A stretch of DNA of 64,000 nucleotides from Candidatus Hydrogenedentota bacterium (GCA_045863335.1 BTVY01000023.1:15755-79754); one strand, 5' to 3'; shown: positions 35,196 through 45,324, numbered from the stretch's first letter. Made by a program: numbers and translations. Notes: generated from the letters alone by a model not told the origin.

Positions 35196-37004
35196 ATGGC
35201 TGAATCCATCGTACTCGGACTCGCGGGTATCGTCGTACTCGGCATTGCCGCGGAGTGGCTGGCCTGGCGCATTCGCCTGCCAACGATCTTCGTCCTGCTC
35301 ATATTCGGCGTCTTCGCCGGGCCGATCACGGGCCTTTTCGACCCGGATCGCATGTTCGGCGACTTGCTGATGCCGCTGGTCTCCCTGTGCGTCGCCGTAA
35401 TTCTTTTTGAAGGCGGCTTGACCCTTCAGCTTCGGGAGCTGCGCGCCGTCGGCCGAGTCGTCTGGCTCTTGATTACGGTAGGCGTACTGATTACATGGGT
35501 ACTCGCGGCGGCGGCGGCGAGTCTCTTCCTTGGGTTCGAAGCCCGGCTCGCTGCCTTGCTCGGGGCCATCCTCGTAGTGACGGGTCCGACTGTCATCATA
35601 CCCCTGCTCGCGCACGTTCGGCCACGCGGGAAGGTCGCGTCCATCCTCAAGTGGGAAGGCATTACCATCGATCCCGTGGGCGCCAGCTTTGCCGTGCTTC
35701 TATTTGAAGCACTGTATCTCCATGCGGACGAAACAGCGACCTTGGTTGTAGCGTTGGGCGTGATTCGCACCATCGCCATTGGGTGTCTGCTTGGCGGCGC
35801 GGGGGTCGTCTTTCTCGTCGTCGTGTTGCGGAAGCATTGGGTTCCCGATCATCTGCATAGCCCCGTGGCGCTTGCCGTCGTCCTCGGGACCTTCGCGTTG
35901 TCCAACACGCTACAGCACGAATCGGGACTGTTGACCGTGACCTTGCTCGGGGCGATTCTCGCCAATCAACGTTACGTGAATATCCGGCACGTGGTGGAGT
36001 TCAAAGAGAATCTCCGCGTTCTTTTGTTGTCTAGTTTATTCATCCTACTCGCGGCACGCCTGGATTTGGACCGTCTCCTGCGGCTTGGTCCAGGTACCGC
36101 CTTGTTTCTCGGCGCGCTAATACTCCTCGTACGACCCGCAACCGTGCTCACCTGCACCATCCGTTCCGGCTTGAACTGGCGGGAACGGGCCTTTCTCGCC
36201 TATCTCGCGCCACGCGGGGTCGTGGCAGCAGCAGTGGCTTCCGTCTTTGCCCTCCGGCTATCGGAGAACGGCATCGCGCAAGCGGAGGAGATGGTGCCGG
36301 TCACATTTTTTGTGATTGCGGGGTTAGTCGGCTTGTACGCGCTGACCGCACGCCCGGTCACGCGGCTGCTGGGGCTTGCGCTACCGGAGCCGAACGGTGT
36401 GGTGATTGTAGGCGCGCACCGCCTGGGCCGCGCCATTGGTAAGGCTTTAAAAACCGAGGGCATTCCCGTGCTTGTTATCGATCGAAACTGGGGCAACATT
36501 TCCGCGGCACGCATGGAAGGATTGGCGACCTACCATGGCGACGTGCTGTCGGAACACGCCCTGCACGAAACAGACCTCTCCGAGATGGGCAAACTCGTCG
36601 CCCTGACGGCTAACGACGAAGTCAATTCGCTGGCTGCGCTACACTTCAGCGAACGTTTCGGTACCACCGCGGTCTACCAGTTAGCCGTAGCTGGCTCCAC
36701 CTCGGATAGAAGCGAAACGAAAGAACCGGCGTCCCATCTGCGCGGACAGATTCTTTTCAGCAAAGACTTTGGCTATGATGCGCTCGCGCGGCGGGTTGTC
36801 GAGGGCGCGGCCATGAAGGCCACCAAGATCAGTGACAAGTTCACCTTCGACTCCTTTCGGGATGAGCACGGCGAATCCGCGACGCCCATGTTTATCGTCA
36901 CTGAGCGGGGAGGACTGCGCATGATCACTGCCGGTATGGAGGTGAATCCGCAGCCCGGGGACAAGATCATCGCGTTGGTCGATCGCGAACCGGAGGTTGC
37001 GTGA
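35196..37004 (+). CDS. Cation:proton (Na+/H+) antiporter, CPA1 family, with C-terminal TrkA-N/RCK domain
   Basis: 10-12 TM helices, then VVIVGAHRLGRAIGKALKTEGIPVLVIDRN (Rossmann/RCK). Start trimmed to MAESIVLGL. Confidence 0.7.
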   Translation: MAESIVLGLAGIVVLGIAAEWLAWRIRLPTIFVLLIFGVFAGPITGLFDPDRMFGDLLMPLVSLCVAVILFEGGLTLQLRELRAVGRVVWLLITVGVLITWVLAAAAASLFLGFEARLAALLGAILVVTGPTVIIPLLAHVRPRGKVASILKWEGITIDPVGASFAVLLFEALYLHADETATLVVALGVIRTIAIGCLLGGAGVVFLVVVLRKHWVPDHLHSPVALAVVLGTFALSNTLQHESGLLTVTLLGAILANQRYVNIRHVVEFKENLRVLLLSSLFILLAARLDLDRLLRLGPGTALFLGALILLVRPATVLTCTIRSGLNWRERAFLAYLAPRGVVAAAVASVFALRLSENGIAQAEEMVPVTFFVIAGLVGLYALTARPVTRLLGLALPEPNGVVIVGAHRLGRAIGKALKTEGIPVLVIDRNWGNISAARMEGLATYHGDVLSEHALHETDLSEMGKLVALTANDEVNSLAALHFSERFGTTAVYQLAVAGSTSDRSETKEPASHLRGQILFSKDFGYDALARRVVEGAAMKATKISDKFTFDSFRDEHGESATPMFIVTERGGLRMITAGMEVNPQPGDKIIALVDREPEVA

Positions 37005-38152
37005 ATCCTACCGTGACGATCTCGTCTGTGGCCCATGGCGGCTATGGCATCGCCCGCATCGACGGGCAGGTCTGTTTCATCCCCTACGCATTGCCCGGCG
37101 ATGAAGTGGTGGTGCAGGTTGAACGACGGTCGAAGGGTGTTCTGTGGGGCGCCATCGATCGCATCGTCGCGCCGTCGCCGGATCGGATCGATCCGGGCTG
37201 CGGCGTCTACGGGCGCTGCGGCGCATGCACGTGGTTGCATTTCGCCTATCCGGCCCAGGCGGAATGGAAACGGCGGATCGTGCGCGACTGCTTCGAGCGT
37301 ATCGCCAAACTTCAGGTAGAGGTTACTTGGGCCGACGACCCAGACCGGCGCCTGCACTACCGCACGCGCGCCGAGTTTCACGGCGATGGAAATGGTTTTG
37401 GCTTCTACGCAGGCGGCACGCACGACGTCGTCGATGTGGTCACTTGCCCGCTGTGTCATCCACGGCTGAATACGGTGTTGTCCAGGTTGCGCGAACTGGG
37501 ACTGCGTGGATCGGTCGAAGTGTCCGTGAACCCGGAGAGCGACGACGTTCTTGTATGGTCGACAAAGCAGAGCGCGCCGCTAGCCTCGGCGTATCCGAAC
37601 GCACAGTGGATCGGTTCGGATGGTCCGCGCGCGCAGTTTCGGTTCGACGGCGTACCCGTGGTGAATGGCGCGTTTTCGCAGTCCAGCCTGTTATTGAATC
37701 GTGTGCTGCTGCGCGTCGTCCAGGAGGCGGTGGGCGATTCGGAACGAATTCTCGATCTCTATTGCGGTAGCGGCAACCTCTCGCTCGCCTTCGCGCGGGA
37801 TCGGTCGGTGGTCGGCATCGATCATAATCGCGCATCTATTGAAGCTGCTCAAGCCGCCGGACAAGGCGAGTACCGCACCGGAGACGAAACCGCTTTCGGT
37901 GCCGCGCTCGGCGAGGGGCAGTGGGACGCCATCCTGCTCGATCCGCCCCGTACCGGCGCGAAGCCTGTTGCCGGAGTGCTCGCTGAGTGTCGCGCGAAGC
38001 GGGTCGTCTACGTGTCCTGCGATCCGGCCACGTTGGCGCGTGACGCCAAGGTCCTGGCCGCGGGCGGCTGGAAGCCGAACCGGGTCACCGCGGTTGACCT
38101 CTTTCCCAACACCTGCCACATCGAAGCCGTGTGCGAATTCCTGCGCGCTTGA
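37001..38152 (+). CDS. rlmD: 23S rRNA (uracil-C5)-methyltransferase RlmD/RumA family
   Basis: TRAM-like N-terminus, 4-Cys cluster (CGVYGRCGAC...C), SAM motif LDLYCGSGNLSL, DPPRTG. GTGA overlap with the antiporter stop. Confidence 0.7.
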   Translation: MNPTVTISSVAHGGYGIARIDGQVCFIPYALPGDEVVVQVERRSKGVLWGAIDRIVAPSPDRIDPGCGVYGRCGACTWLHFAYPAQAEWKRRIVRDCFERIAKLQVEVTWADDPDRRLHYRTRAEFHGDGNGFGFYAGGTHDVVDVVTCPLCHPRLNTVLSRLRELGLRGSVEVSVNPESDDVLVWSTKQSAPLASAYPNAQWIGSDGPRAQFRFDGVPVVNGAFSQSSLLLNRVLLRVVQEAVGDSERILDLYCGSGNLSLAFARDRSVVGIDHNRASIEAAQAAGQGEYRTGDETAFGAALGEGQWDAILLDPPRTGAKPVAGVLAECRAKRVVYVSCDPATLARDAKVLAAGGWKPNRVTAVDLFPNTCHIEAVCEFLRA

Positions 38153-38229
38153 CGCGTTGCGTTTCGCACGCCTGCCGGGCCTGGTGTATAATCCGCCATC
38201 GGTGTGTCCCCACGTATTGGAGAAGATTT

Positions 38230-40035
38230 ATGACAACGCGTCTCTATTCCTTCGTTCCGGCGCTTCTTATACTGGCGTGTTTCCCGGCGTTCGCGGAAGA
38301 AGAGCCCGCCCCCGACCTGGCGGACCTTCCGTGGTCGTTGCGGGACCACTACACCATCACCACCGCCGACCAGCAGATGTACATCACTTACGGCGGCGAC
38401 AACGGGGAGTGGAGTCTCGATATCAAGGGGATCGGTACGGTACTCACCAAGGTGGCGGCAACGATTACCCTGGCGGACGGCTCGGTTATCGATCTGCGCG
38501 ACCTTGGTGTGGGCGATACTACCCGCTACAAGGAAACGGCGGAACTGGGACCCGGCATGAAGTACACGGTCAAAATGTCCGCTCCGAACGGACTGGGCAT
38601 CGTGCATTCCTTGACCTACCACGAGACCCATCCGTTCTACGTGGTACGCATGGAACTGACCAACAACGGCTCCGAACCTCTCGAAGTCGCCAGGATTAGC
38701 CCGGTCGTGATTGGCCCGGGCGGTTTCGGTAACCTGAGCCTGGAGACGACCGAGAGTCCGCGCCGCTTCGATGTCATCGGCGCCTCGCCCGTGTACACGA
38801 AAGTGGGCGACCCCCTCTTTTCGCTTTTCCACGATCCCGTCAAGAACGTCACCTTGGCCGTGGGCGGTCTTCCCGTAGGCCGCGCGAAGACGGGCGTCCA
38901 CCTGGAAAAGTTCGAAGGCCGGTACCAGGGGCACATCACGACCACCTTCGACCCGGCGGTGACGCTGGCGCCCGGCGCTTCGCTCGCATCGGACCCCGTG
39001 TGGATCGCCTTTACCCTGCCCAAGCCCGCCGACGTGGACATGTTCTACGCCTGGGCTCATGCGAACATGCCCGACGCCAAGTCGGAGGGCGTGCCGGAAT
39101 GCTGGGTCACCGTGCCGGACGGCGAGTCCTTGCCGGAACTGATCCAGGCTGTGAACTTCTGGAAAGGCGCCGACGTTGCCCACGCGCTCGTTCCCGTCAC
39201 CTGGGAAGGCCGGCCGGGATCGCTGGAAGGCGCTCAGCCTGATTATCCGAAAGACATGGCCAATGCCGCCGCGCAACTCCGTCAGGCGGGAGCCACACCG
39301 GGCATCACGCTTGACCCGTTGGCGGTAGTGGACGGGAAAGACGAGTTCACGGCGGTGTCTGCCGACGGTCAACGCTGGCTCAATCCGGCCAACGAACAAG
39401 GCAAACAGTTCGGCGTCGAGCGGCTCCGTGCCGTCGCGCGCTGGGGCTTCGGATTCTACGTTGTCGAGCCTTCCCTGATACCGGATGAAGTTCTGAAACA
39501 TTTCAATCTCACACGTACCCAGGCCAACGACCTCGCCTACGACATGATGGTCGAAGTCGCGGCCGGCGCCCCCGTGCTCGGGGCTTCGGAGGCCACCTTG
39601 GGCGCATCGATCGACGAGTGGCTCCTCGCCGCCGCGGCCACCAGCCGCATGGAGGAGTACTCCGTCGTCGTCGGGCCGGTGCGGTTTGATGCGAACGCTG
39701 CCGGAGACCTGCCGGACGATGCCGTTACCGCCATGGCGTTTTTTGGCGGGCCCATCGAGTTGGTGGGAAATCCGTCGTCGGGGCTTCTAAAGCAAATCGG
39801 CAAGGTGTTTCCCAAACCGTACATCTGGCCGCGCGCCATCGATTCCGGTTCTCCCGCGCCGAAGCTGTGGCAGGTTCACGTACAGCAAAGCCAGGGAGCA
39901 GGCGAACGCCTGGCGATCGTGTCGTTCCCCGGCGCGCGGGCCCATACGCCCGCGGATTTGGTTTCGCCTTCGGGTGAAGGACTTCAGACCATGGAATCCA
40001 GTGCGGCCGAGTTCCTGGATGCCCTCGGCCGTTAG
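38230..40035 (+). CDS. Secreted hypothetical protein (~600 aa)
   Basis: Signal peptide MTTRLYSFVPALLILACFPAFA; GGAGAAG RBS. No confident domain. Confidence 0.4.
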   Translation: MTTRLYSFVPALLILACFPAFAEEEPAPDLADLPWSLRDHYTITTADQQMYITYGGDNGEWSLDIKGIGTVLTKVAATITLADGSVIDLRDLGVGDTTRYKETAELGPGMKYTVKMSAPNGLGIVHSLTYHETHPFYVVRMELTNNGSEPLEVARISPVVIGPGGFGNLSLETTESPRRFDVIGASPVYTKVGDPLFSLFHDPVKNVTLAVGGLPVGRAKTGVHLEKFEGRYQGHITTTFDPAVTLAPGASLASDPVWIAFTLPKPADVDMFYAWAHANMPDAKSEGVPECWVTVPDGESLPELIQAVNFWKGADVAHALVPVTWEGRPGSLEGAQPDYPKDMANAAAQLRQAGATPGITLDPLAVVDGKDEFTAVSADGQRWLNPANEQGKQFGVERLRAVARWGFGFYVVEPSLIPDEVLKHFNLTRTQANDLAYDMMVEVAAGAPVLGASEATLGASIDEWLLAAAATSRMEEYSVVVGPVRFDANAAGDLPDDAVTAMAFFGGPIELVGNPSSGLLKQIGKVFPKPYIWPRAIDSGSPAPKLWQVHVQQSQGAGERLAIVSFPGARAHTPADLVSPSGEGLQTMESSAAEFLDALGR

Positions 40036-40076
40036 GATAGCCGTTTACGTGAACGAACGCCGCTGAAAGGATAGTT

Positions 40077-41750
40077 GTGCCGTACCGAACCATCTCGCGA
40101 CGTGTCGGCGACGCCGTGCGACTTGCGGAAGTCGCGCAGGTGCTGGTCCGTCACGGCTTCGCGGACCTGGTACGGCGCGTCGGATTGTACGAGGGGGCGC
40201 CGGCCAAACTGCTGCGCAGCCTGCATCTCATCGAGCAGGCTCCTGACGTGCCGGAGACGATGGGCGCGCGCTTGCGGGCCGCTCTCACGGAATTAGGGCC
40301 GACGTTCGTTAAGTTCGGTCAAATCCTGAGCACCCGGCCAGACGTGCTCGGGCCGGAAGTCTGCGCCGAGTTGAGCGACCTCCAGGACCGAGTGGCAGCC
40401 CTTCCCTTTGAAACGATGCGGCCGGTCATTGAAGCCGAACTCAAGGGAAGGCTCGAGGATCACTTCAGCACGTTCAACGAAACACCCGTCGCCTCCGCCT
40501 CGCTGAGCCAGGTCTACCGTGCGCGCACCCAGTTGGGCCGGGAAGTTGCGGTCAAAGTGCAGCGTCCGGGAATCCGGAAAACGATTCAGTCGGACCTGAG
40601 CCTCATGCGCGGTTTGGCGGAATGGATCTCCGAGCACGTCAAGGAATTGCAGTGGATCGATCCCGTCGGGACCGTGGAAGAGTTCAACCGCACCGTCATG
40701 CGGGAACTCGATTTCACGATCGAAGCCCACATCATTCAGCGCTTCCGCAAGAACTACTCCGGCGAGACGGCGGTCTTCGTGCCGCGCGTGGAGACCGACA
40801 TTTCCGGTCCGCGGATGCTCGTCATGGACTGGATTGACGGTGCGCGGGTGGATGCTCTGGACCAGTACGAATCCCGCAATTGCATCCCGCGGACCGTTGC
40901 GGCCAACGGCGCAAACACGCTATGCCGGCAGGTCTTCGAATTCAACCTGTTCCACGCCGACCCCCATCCCGGCAACATTCTCGTGACGCGAAACGACCAG
41001 ATCGCGTTTCTGGATTACGGCATGGTAGGGCACTTGCAACCCCACGATGTCGATGCCATCGCCGATTTGTTGCGGGCGGTCTTCGAAGAGGATTCGCCGC
41101 GCTGCGTGGACGCGTTGCTCAGGTTCACGGTCGCCGGGGAGACCGAGCACCGCGCGGAACTGGAACACGACGTTGCCGAGTACATCGCCTTCGAAGCCCG
41201 CTCAGTCATGGGCAACGCGGACGTCGGCAAGGCGCTCGACCAAATCACAAACATTCTGCGGCGGCACCGGCTGCAGCTTGCCCCGCGCTTTTCCCTGTTG
41301 CTGAAAGCCATGGCGACCATCGAGTCTACCGCAAAGACCCTCGACAAAACGCTGGACATGGGACCCGTCATTCGCCCCTATGTGGAGAACATCATCAAGC
41401 AGCGCTTTGCCCCGGTGCGGCTCGCCAAGGAAAGCCAACAGACCCTCGCCTCGGCCATCCGCATCGGCAAAGAGATTCCCGGCGAAGTGCAAAGCCTGGT
41501 GCGCACGTTCCGCAAGGGCAAGTTCCGGATTCAACTCGATCACGAAGGGCTCGACCACCTGGCCAACGTCACCGACCGGGCCAGCAACCGGATCGCCTTC
41601 AGCCTGATCGCCGGGGCCCTGATTGTCGGTTCCAGTCTGCTCATCTCGTCCGACATCGGAGCGCGATCGCTCGGCTACGCCGGATTCACCTTCGCCGGAG
41701 TCCTCGGAATCATGCTGCTAATCTCGATTCTGCGCTCGAAGAACTATTAG
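40077..41750 (+). CDS. ubiB: UbiB/ABC1 atypical kinase family protein
   Basis: ABC1 motifs (PVASASLSQVYRA, VAVKVQRPG, HADPHPGNIL) and C-terminal TM helices. Confidence 0.8.
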   Translation: MPYRTISRRVGDAVRLAEVAQVLVRHGFADLVRRVGLYEGAPAKLLRSLHLIEQAPDVPETMGARLRAALTELGPTFVKFGQILSTRPDVLGPEVCAELSDLQDRVAALPFETMRPVIEAELKGRLEDHFSTFNETPVASASLSQVYRARTQLGREVAVKVQRPGIRKTIQSDLSLMRGLAEWISEHVKELQWIDPVGTVEEFNRTVMRELDFTIEAHIIQRFRKNYSGETAVFVPRVETDISGPRMLVMDWIDGARVDALDQYESRNCIPRTVAANGANTLCRQVFEFNLFHADPHPGNILVTRNDQIAFLDYGMVGHLQPHDVDAIADLLRAVFEEDSPRCVDALLRFTVAGETEHRAELEHDVAEYIAFEARSVMGNADVGKALDQITNILRRHRLQLAPRFSLLLKAMATIESTAKTLDKTLDMGPVIRPYVENIIKQRFAPVRLAKESQQTLASAIRIGKEIPGEVQSLVRTFRKGKFRIQLDHEGLDHLANVTDRASNRIAFSLIAGALIVGSSLLISSDIGARSLGYAGFTFAGVLGIMLLISILRSKNY

Positions 41751-41854
41751 CATTAGCGGCTTCGGTGAGTTCCCTTTTCAGGTCGGACGAGACAGGCCCT
41801 CCAACGGACGGCAAACATGTGAGCCAGAGATTCTGAATGGATGTCCGTGTTAAG

Positions 41855-41872
41855 TCCCCCTTCGAAGGGGGA
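41855..41872. promoter_or_regulatory. Perfect 18-bp palindrome TCCCCCTTCGAAGGGGGA between ubiB and ispE
   Basis: Read directly; followed by ttt then aggggg. Could be a weak terminator or an operator. Confidence 0.3.
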
Positions 41873-41930
41873 TTTAGGGGGATGTTTCCCGAAGAACCGG
41901 GATCAGCTATCGGTTGTTGCAGGAACAAAC

Positions 41931-42800
41931 ATGCTCGAGATCAAGTCCCACGCCAAGATCAACCTCTACCTCGACGTGCTCAACAAACGGCGCGACGGGT
42001 TCACCAATATTGAAACCATCTTCCAGACCGTAAGCCTGGCGGATACGCTCCTGCTCGAACCACGGCCGGAAGAAGTCACCATGGAGTGCACCATGCCCGG
42101 CGTGCCGACGGACGAGTCGAACCTCGTCATCCGCGCCGCGCGATTGCTACAGCAGGAAACCGGTTGCCGCGCTGGCGCACACATGCGGCTGGAGAAACGC
42201 ATCCCCATGGCCGCGGGACTCGCAGGAGGTTCGGGGAACGGTGCCGCGGCCCTGGCCGGACTGAACGATTTGTGGGGCCTTGGCCTATCGATGCCGCGCC
42301 TGGAACGCCTGGCTGCGCGGCTCGGATCGGACGTGCCCTATTGCCTCCATGGCGGCACTGTCGCCGCGACCGGACGGGGCGAGCGCATGAAGCAACTGGG
42401 CCCGATTCAGGAAACGTGGTTCGTCCTGCTGCACCCCGACCTGCACGTGAGCACGCGCGACGTGTACACCAGTCCGGACTTGGCACGCAGCGCCGAACGG
42501 CCATTCGCCGGATCGACGCCCGCCTTTCGTCGCGCCATCGAAGCGGTAACCGAAGGGCGCCTCGCCGATGCACTATTCAACCGCATGGAAACGGCCGCTT
42601 TCCCCATGCACCCCGAGTTGGCGGATTGGAAGCAACAACTGCTCGACTGCGGCTGCAACGCCGCCATCATGAGCGGCAGCGGCCCCACCGTCTTCGGACT
42701 CTGCGCGTCGCAGCAGCACGCGGAGTCTGTCGCCGGACAAATGAGCGGGATTCGCGTGTCGGTCGTCCATAGCGTGGACCGGGCGCTTGAGTTGATCTAA
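41931..42800 (+). CDS. ispE: 4-diphosphocytidyl-2-C-methyl-D-erythritol kinase
   Basis: N-terminal AKINLYLDVLNKRRDGF and GHMP-kinase motif PMAAGLAGGSGNGAAAL. Start trimmed to MLEIKSH with an AGGAA RBS. Confidence 0.8.
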   Translation: MLEIKSHAKINLYLDVLNKRRDGFTNIETIFQTVSLADTLLLEPRPEEVTMECTMPGVPTDESNLVIRAARLLQQETGCRAGAHMRLEKRIPMAAGLAGGSGNGAAALAGLNDLWGLGLSMPRLERLAARLGSDVPYCLHGGTVAATGRGERMKQLGPIQETWFVLLHPDLHVSTRDVYTSPDLARSAERPFAGSTPAFRRAIEAVTEGRLADALFNRMETAAFPMHPELADWKQQLLDCGCNAAIMSGSGPTVFGLCASQQHAESVAGQMSGIRVSVVHSVDRALELI

Positions 42801-43074
42801 ATTCGAAATCCGAATCTCGAAATCCGAAACAAATCCGAAGGACCAAAACCCTAAACGTGACCGTTCCGGTCGGCTGGCGGGAGACGGTCACCGTGGCAGT
42901 GCGCGAGTCGAAGGCTGAAGCGGAGTTCGCCGCTGGCACCAACGAAGGTTATGAATACTGACCGAACCAGAAACTCCTGCGATAACCGATAAACGCTGTT
43001 GAGGCCCGTTTCGGTCATTCGAATTTATAACATTTGAATTTGTTTCGGATTTCGAGATTCGGATCTCGAATTTG
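42799..43074. mobile_element. MITE/REP-like element copy B: ~35-bp terminal inverted repeats flanking a ~205-bp non-coding core
   Basis: TIR-L aaattcgaaatccgaatctcgaaatccgaaacaaa (42799-42833) versus the reverse complement of TIR-R tttgtttcggatttcgagattcggatctcgaatttg (43039-43074): near-perfect. The element exactly fills the gap between the convergent ispE stop (42800) and esterase stop (43080). Confidence 0.45.
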
Positions 43075-43079
43075 TCTTC

Positions 43080-45089
43080 TCAGTTTCGCCCCACCGGATT
43101 ACCGACCGCATTGGTGGGCTCGATCACTTCGACTTTATCGCCAAGTGATTCGACCAAGTCCGGAAGATCGTAAACCCGTAACGCCCCGTGTACGACGTTT
43201 TCGTATTGCCGCTTCGTCTCCGGCGTGCGCACGACGCTGGACCAGGACTGCAGCGAGCGAGTCAGCGTGACGCGGCTGAACAAGTCCGGCTCCAGCGCAG
43301 CGGCGTGAAGGGCCGGCGGTCCCGCGACGTCCTGCGCCAAGAGCACCACCTTACGCGCCGCGCCAGCGTTCTCGTAGGTCGCCGCGAAACGGGCGCAGAC
43401 CAGCGCGTCTTCGGCGCGCATGCTCAAGATGGGCTTGTCGAGCAGGTACGCCAGCGATGTGGCCTTGTAGCCGGGGCCGAAAGCGTGGTCCCAACCTTCG
43501 CCGTGGGTCCAGTTGGACGTGGTTTCGCCAAGGCCGCGAAGGTCCGCAGCCACGACGACGTACCCGCTGCGCGCGAGCTGAGCGAGCGAGTCGTGGTCGA
43601 GGTCCGCCTTGCCATTCGCGAGGACCAGCATGGCTTCCCCATTGACCGCTTCGGGGAGGTAGACGACTGCAGGAAGGTGTATTCCGAGTTCTGGCGTCAG
43701 CACCACATGCCGAACGGTGCAGCCGTACTCCTTCGCCTCGTGCGCCACAACGATCTCGGGCTCCGGAAGTTCCGCCAGAGGCCGAATCCCCGTCACGTCG
43801 CGCACCTGCGAGATGAGGTTATCTTTTGGAGCGGCCTTGCGCGACTCCGCGAGTTGCGCGTCCACCTCCGCGTTGATGTCGAATACCGATCGCGCACCGT
43901 CCAGCAACAGGACCTGCCCTTGCGGCGTGACCTGCACTTCGGCATCCGTCAAGACGTCGACATCCCCTTCAACCACGGGCTCATCGACCCCTTTAAGCCA
44001 ACGCAACATCCACCGAGCCATGGCCTGGCGCAGCAGGATGGTGAACCCGTGTTGCTCGTCCGCCTCGGCGAGGTTTACCCGCTCTTCGTACCCAAGCTTG
44101 GTGTAGGCGCGTTTTGCGACGCGGAAGCTGTCCCACACCCCGGCAATAGGAAAAAAATCCTGCGTGGCGCAACAGATGAGCGTGGGCCGCGGCGCGCGCA
44201 TGAGCAGGAAGTCGCTGTGGTCCATCCCAAACGCGAGGGCGCCCGCGATGTTCTGTTCACCGTCATGCGGACCATCCTTGATAATAAGGTTCTTCAACGA
44301 CGTGATGTAGCAGCTCGGCGCGGCGCAGACCACCCGTTCGTCGAGCGCCATGATATAGCTGGTCAAGGTGCCGCCGCCGGAGTTGCCGGTGCATCCAATG
44401 CGTTCCGGGTCGATGTCGTCGCGACTGCAGAGGTAATCGATCCCGCGAATGCCGTCCCAGATGCGGTAGCCCGCCACGTTCAACCCAAGGGGTATGCTGC
44501 CCACGGTGACGATGGTGTGTTCGATGGTCGATCCGTACTTCTGCTTGCTGTTCTCGTCGAGCAACTGGCTGCGCTCGCCCTGACCGATGGGGTCATAGAT
44601 CATCGCCGCGATGCCGTTGCGGGCAAGAAGTACGGCGGCCCGCTGGTAAGCTTCCGCAGCCTTACCGTTGGCGTCGTGTCCGCAGGGCACGAGCACGCCG
44701 GGATAAGGCCCTTCCGTCAGCGGCAAGTAGATGATGGCAGTCACATAGAGACCAGGCCGGCTCTCGTAGAGGATCTTCTCGTACCGGAATCCGTCGCGGG
44801 TTTCGCCCGGGAATACCTGCGCATTCAACGGAGTCTTCTCCGGCCAGCCGCCAAGTTGTTGAACGAAGAATTCGCGCATGCGCTGTCCCCGCGCGAGGAT
44901 GCTCTCCGGCGTCGCGAGATCCTGCTCCAGCACCTCGGCGCGATTCTCAAAAGCGTCGACCATCTCGCCGCGCAGGTAGAGCGTCATCACTTCCGCGGGT
45001 GACGCACCGTTGGGCAGAGGCTGGAGGATCTGCGCTCCGGGGTCCGCACCCAACGTTGCTGTTAATACTGTTACCGCCGCCATCCACAT
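43080..45089 (-). CDS. Secreted alpha/beta-hydrolase (acetyl-xylan-esterase/dienelactone-hydrolase-like)
   Basis: GCTGNSGGG nucleophile elbow. Signal peptide after trimming the start to MWMAAVTVLTATLGA (GGAGG RBS). Confidence 0.5.
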   Translation of the reverse strand: MWMAAVTVLTATLGADPGAQILQPLPNGASPAEVMTLYLRGEMVDAFENRAEVLEQDLATPESILARGQRMREFFVQQLGGWPEKTPLNAQVFPGETRDGFRYEKILYESRPGLYVTAIIYLPLTEGPYPGVLVPCGHDANGKAAEAYQRAAVLLARNGIAAMIYDPIGQGERSQLLDENSKQKYGSTIEHTIVTVGSIPLGLNVAGYRIWDGIRGIDYLCSRDDIDPERIGCTGNSGGGTLTSYIMALDERVVCAAPSCYITSLKNLIIKDGPHDGEQNIAGALAFGMDHSDFLLMRAPRPTLICCATQDFFPIAGVWDSFRVAKRAYTKLGYEERVNLAEADEQHGFTILLRQAMARWMLRWLKGVDEPVVEGDVDVLTDAEVQVTPQGQVLLLDGARSVFDINAEVDAQLAESRKAAPKDNLISQVRDVTGIRPLAELPEPEIVVAHEAKEYGCTVRHVVLTPELGIHLPAVVYLPEAVNGEAMLVLANGKADLDHDSLAQLARSGYVVVAADLRGLGETTSNWTHGEGWDHAFGPGYKATSLAYLLDKPILSMRAEDALVCARFAATYENAGAARKVVLLAQDVAGPPALHAAALEPDLFSRVTLTRSLQSWSSVVRTPETKRQYENVVHGALRVYDLPDLVESLGDKVEVIEPTNAVGNPVGRN

Positions 45090-45167
45090 GGTCTTTCCTC
45101 CAACGTTTGCCGCGCCAATCTCAGAATTGTAGGGAGCGCGAGGACGGGCGGTCAATGGCGAGAAGGA

Positions 45168-45218
45168 AATACGTAATCCGAATTTCGGAATCCGAAACAA
45201 ATTCGAAGGACCAAAACA
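45168..45218. repeat. Solo left-end-like copy of the CGAAATCCGAA-type repeat
   Basis: cgtaatccgaatttcggaatccgaaacaaattcgaaggaccaaaac. Shares TIR plus the adjacent CGAAGGACCAAAAC with the left end of copy B, in the same orientation. Confidence 0.3.
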
Positions 45219-45324
45219 CGAAACTGGGGGGCCGAATCGTTGGAAGCGTGCTCGTTGCACATCCGATCGGTACAATGGTGCGGACCTTTTGAAACGAGTA
45301 CCACGACTTGCGGGGGTTCCATCC

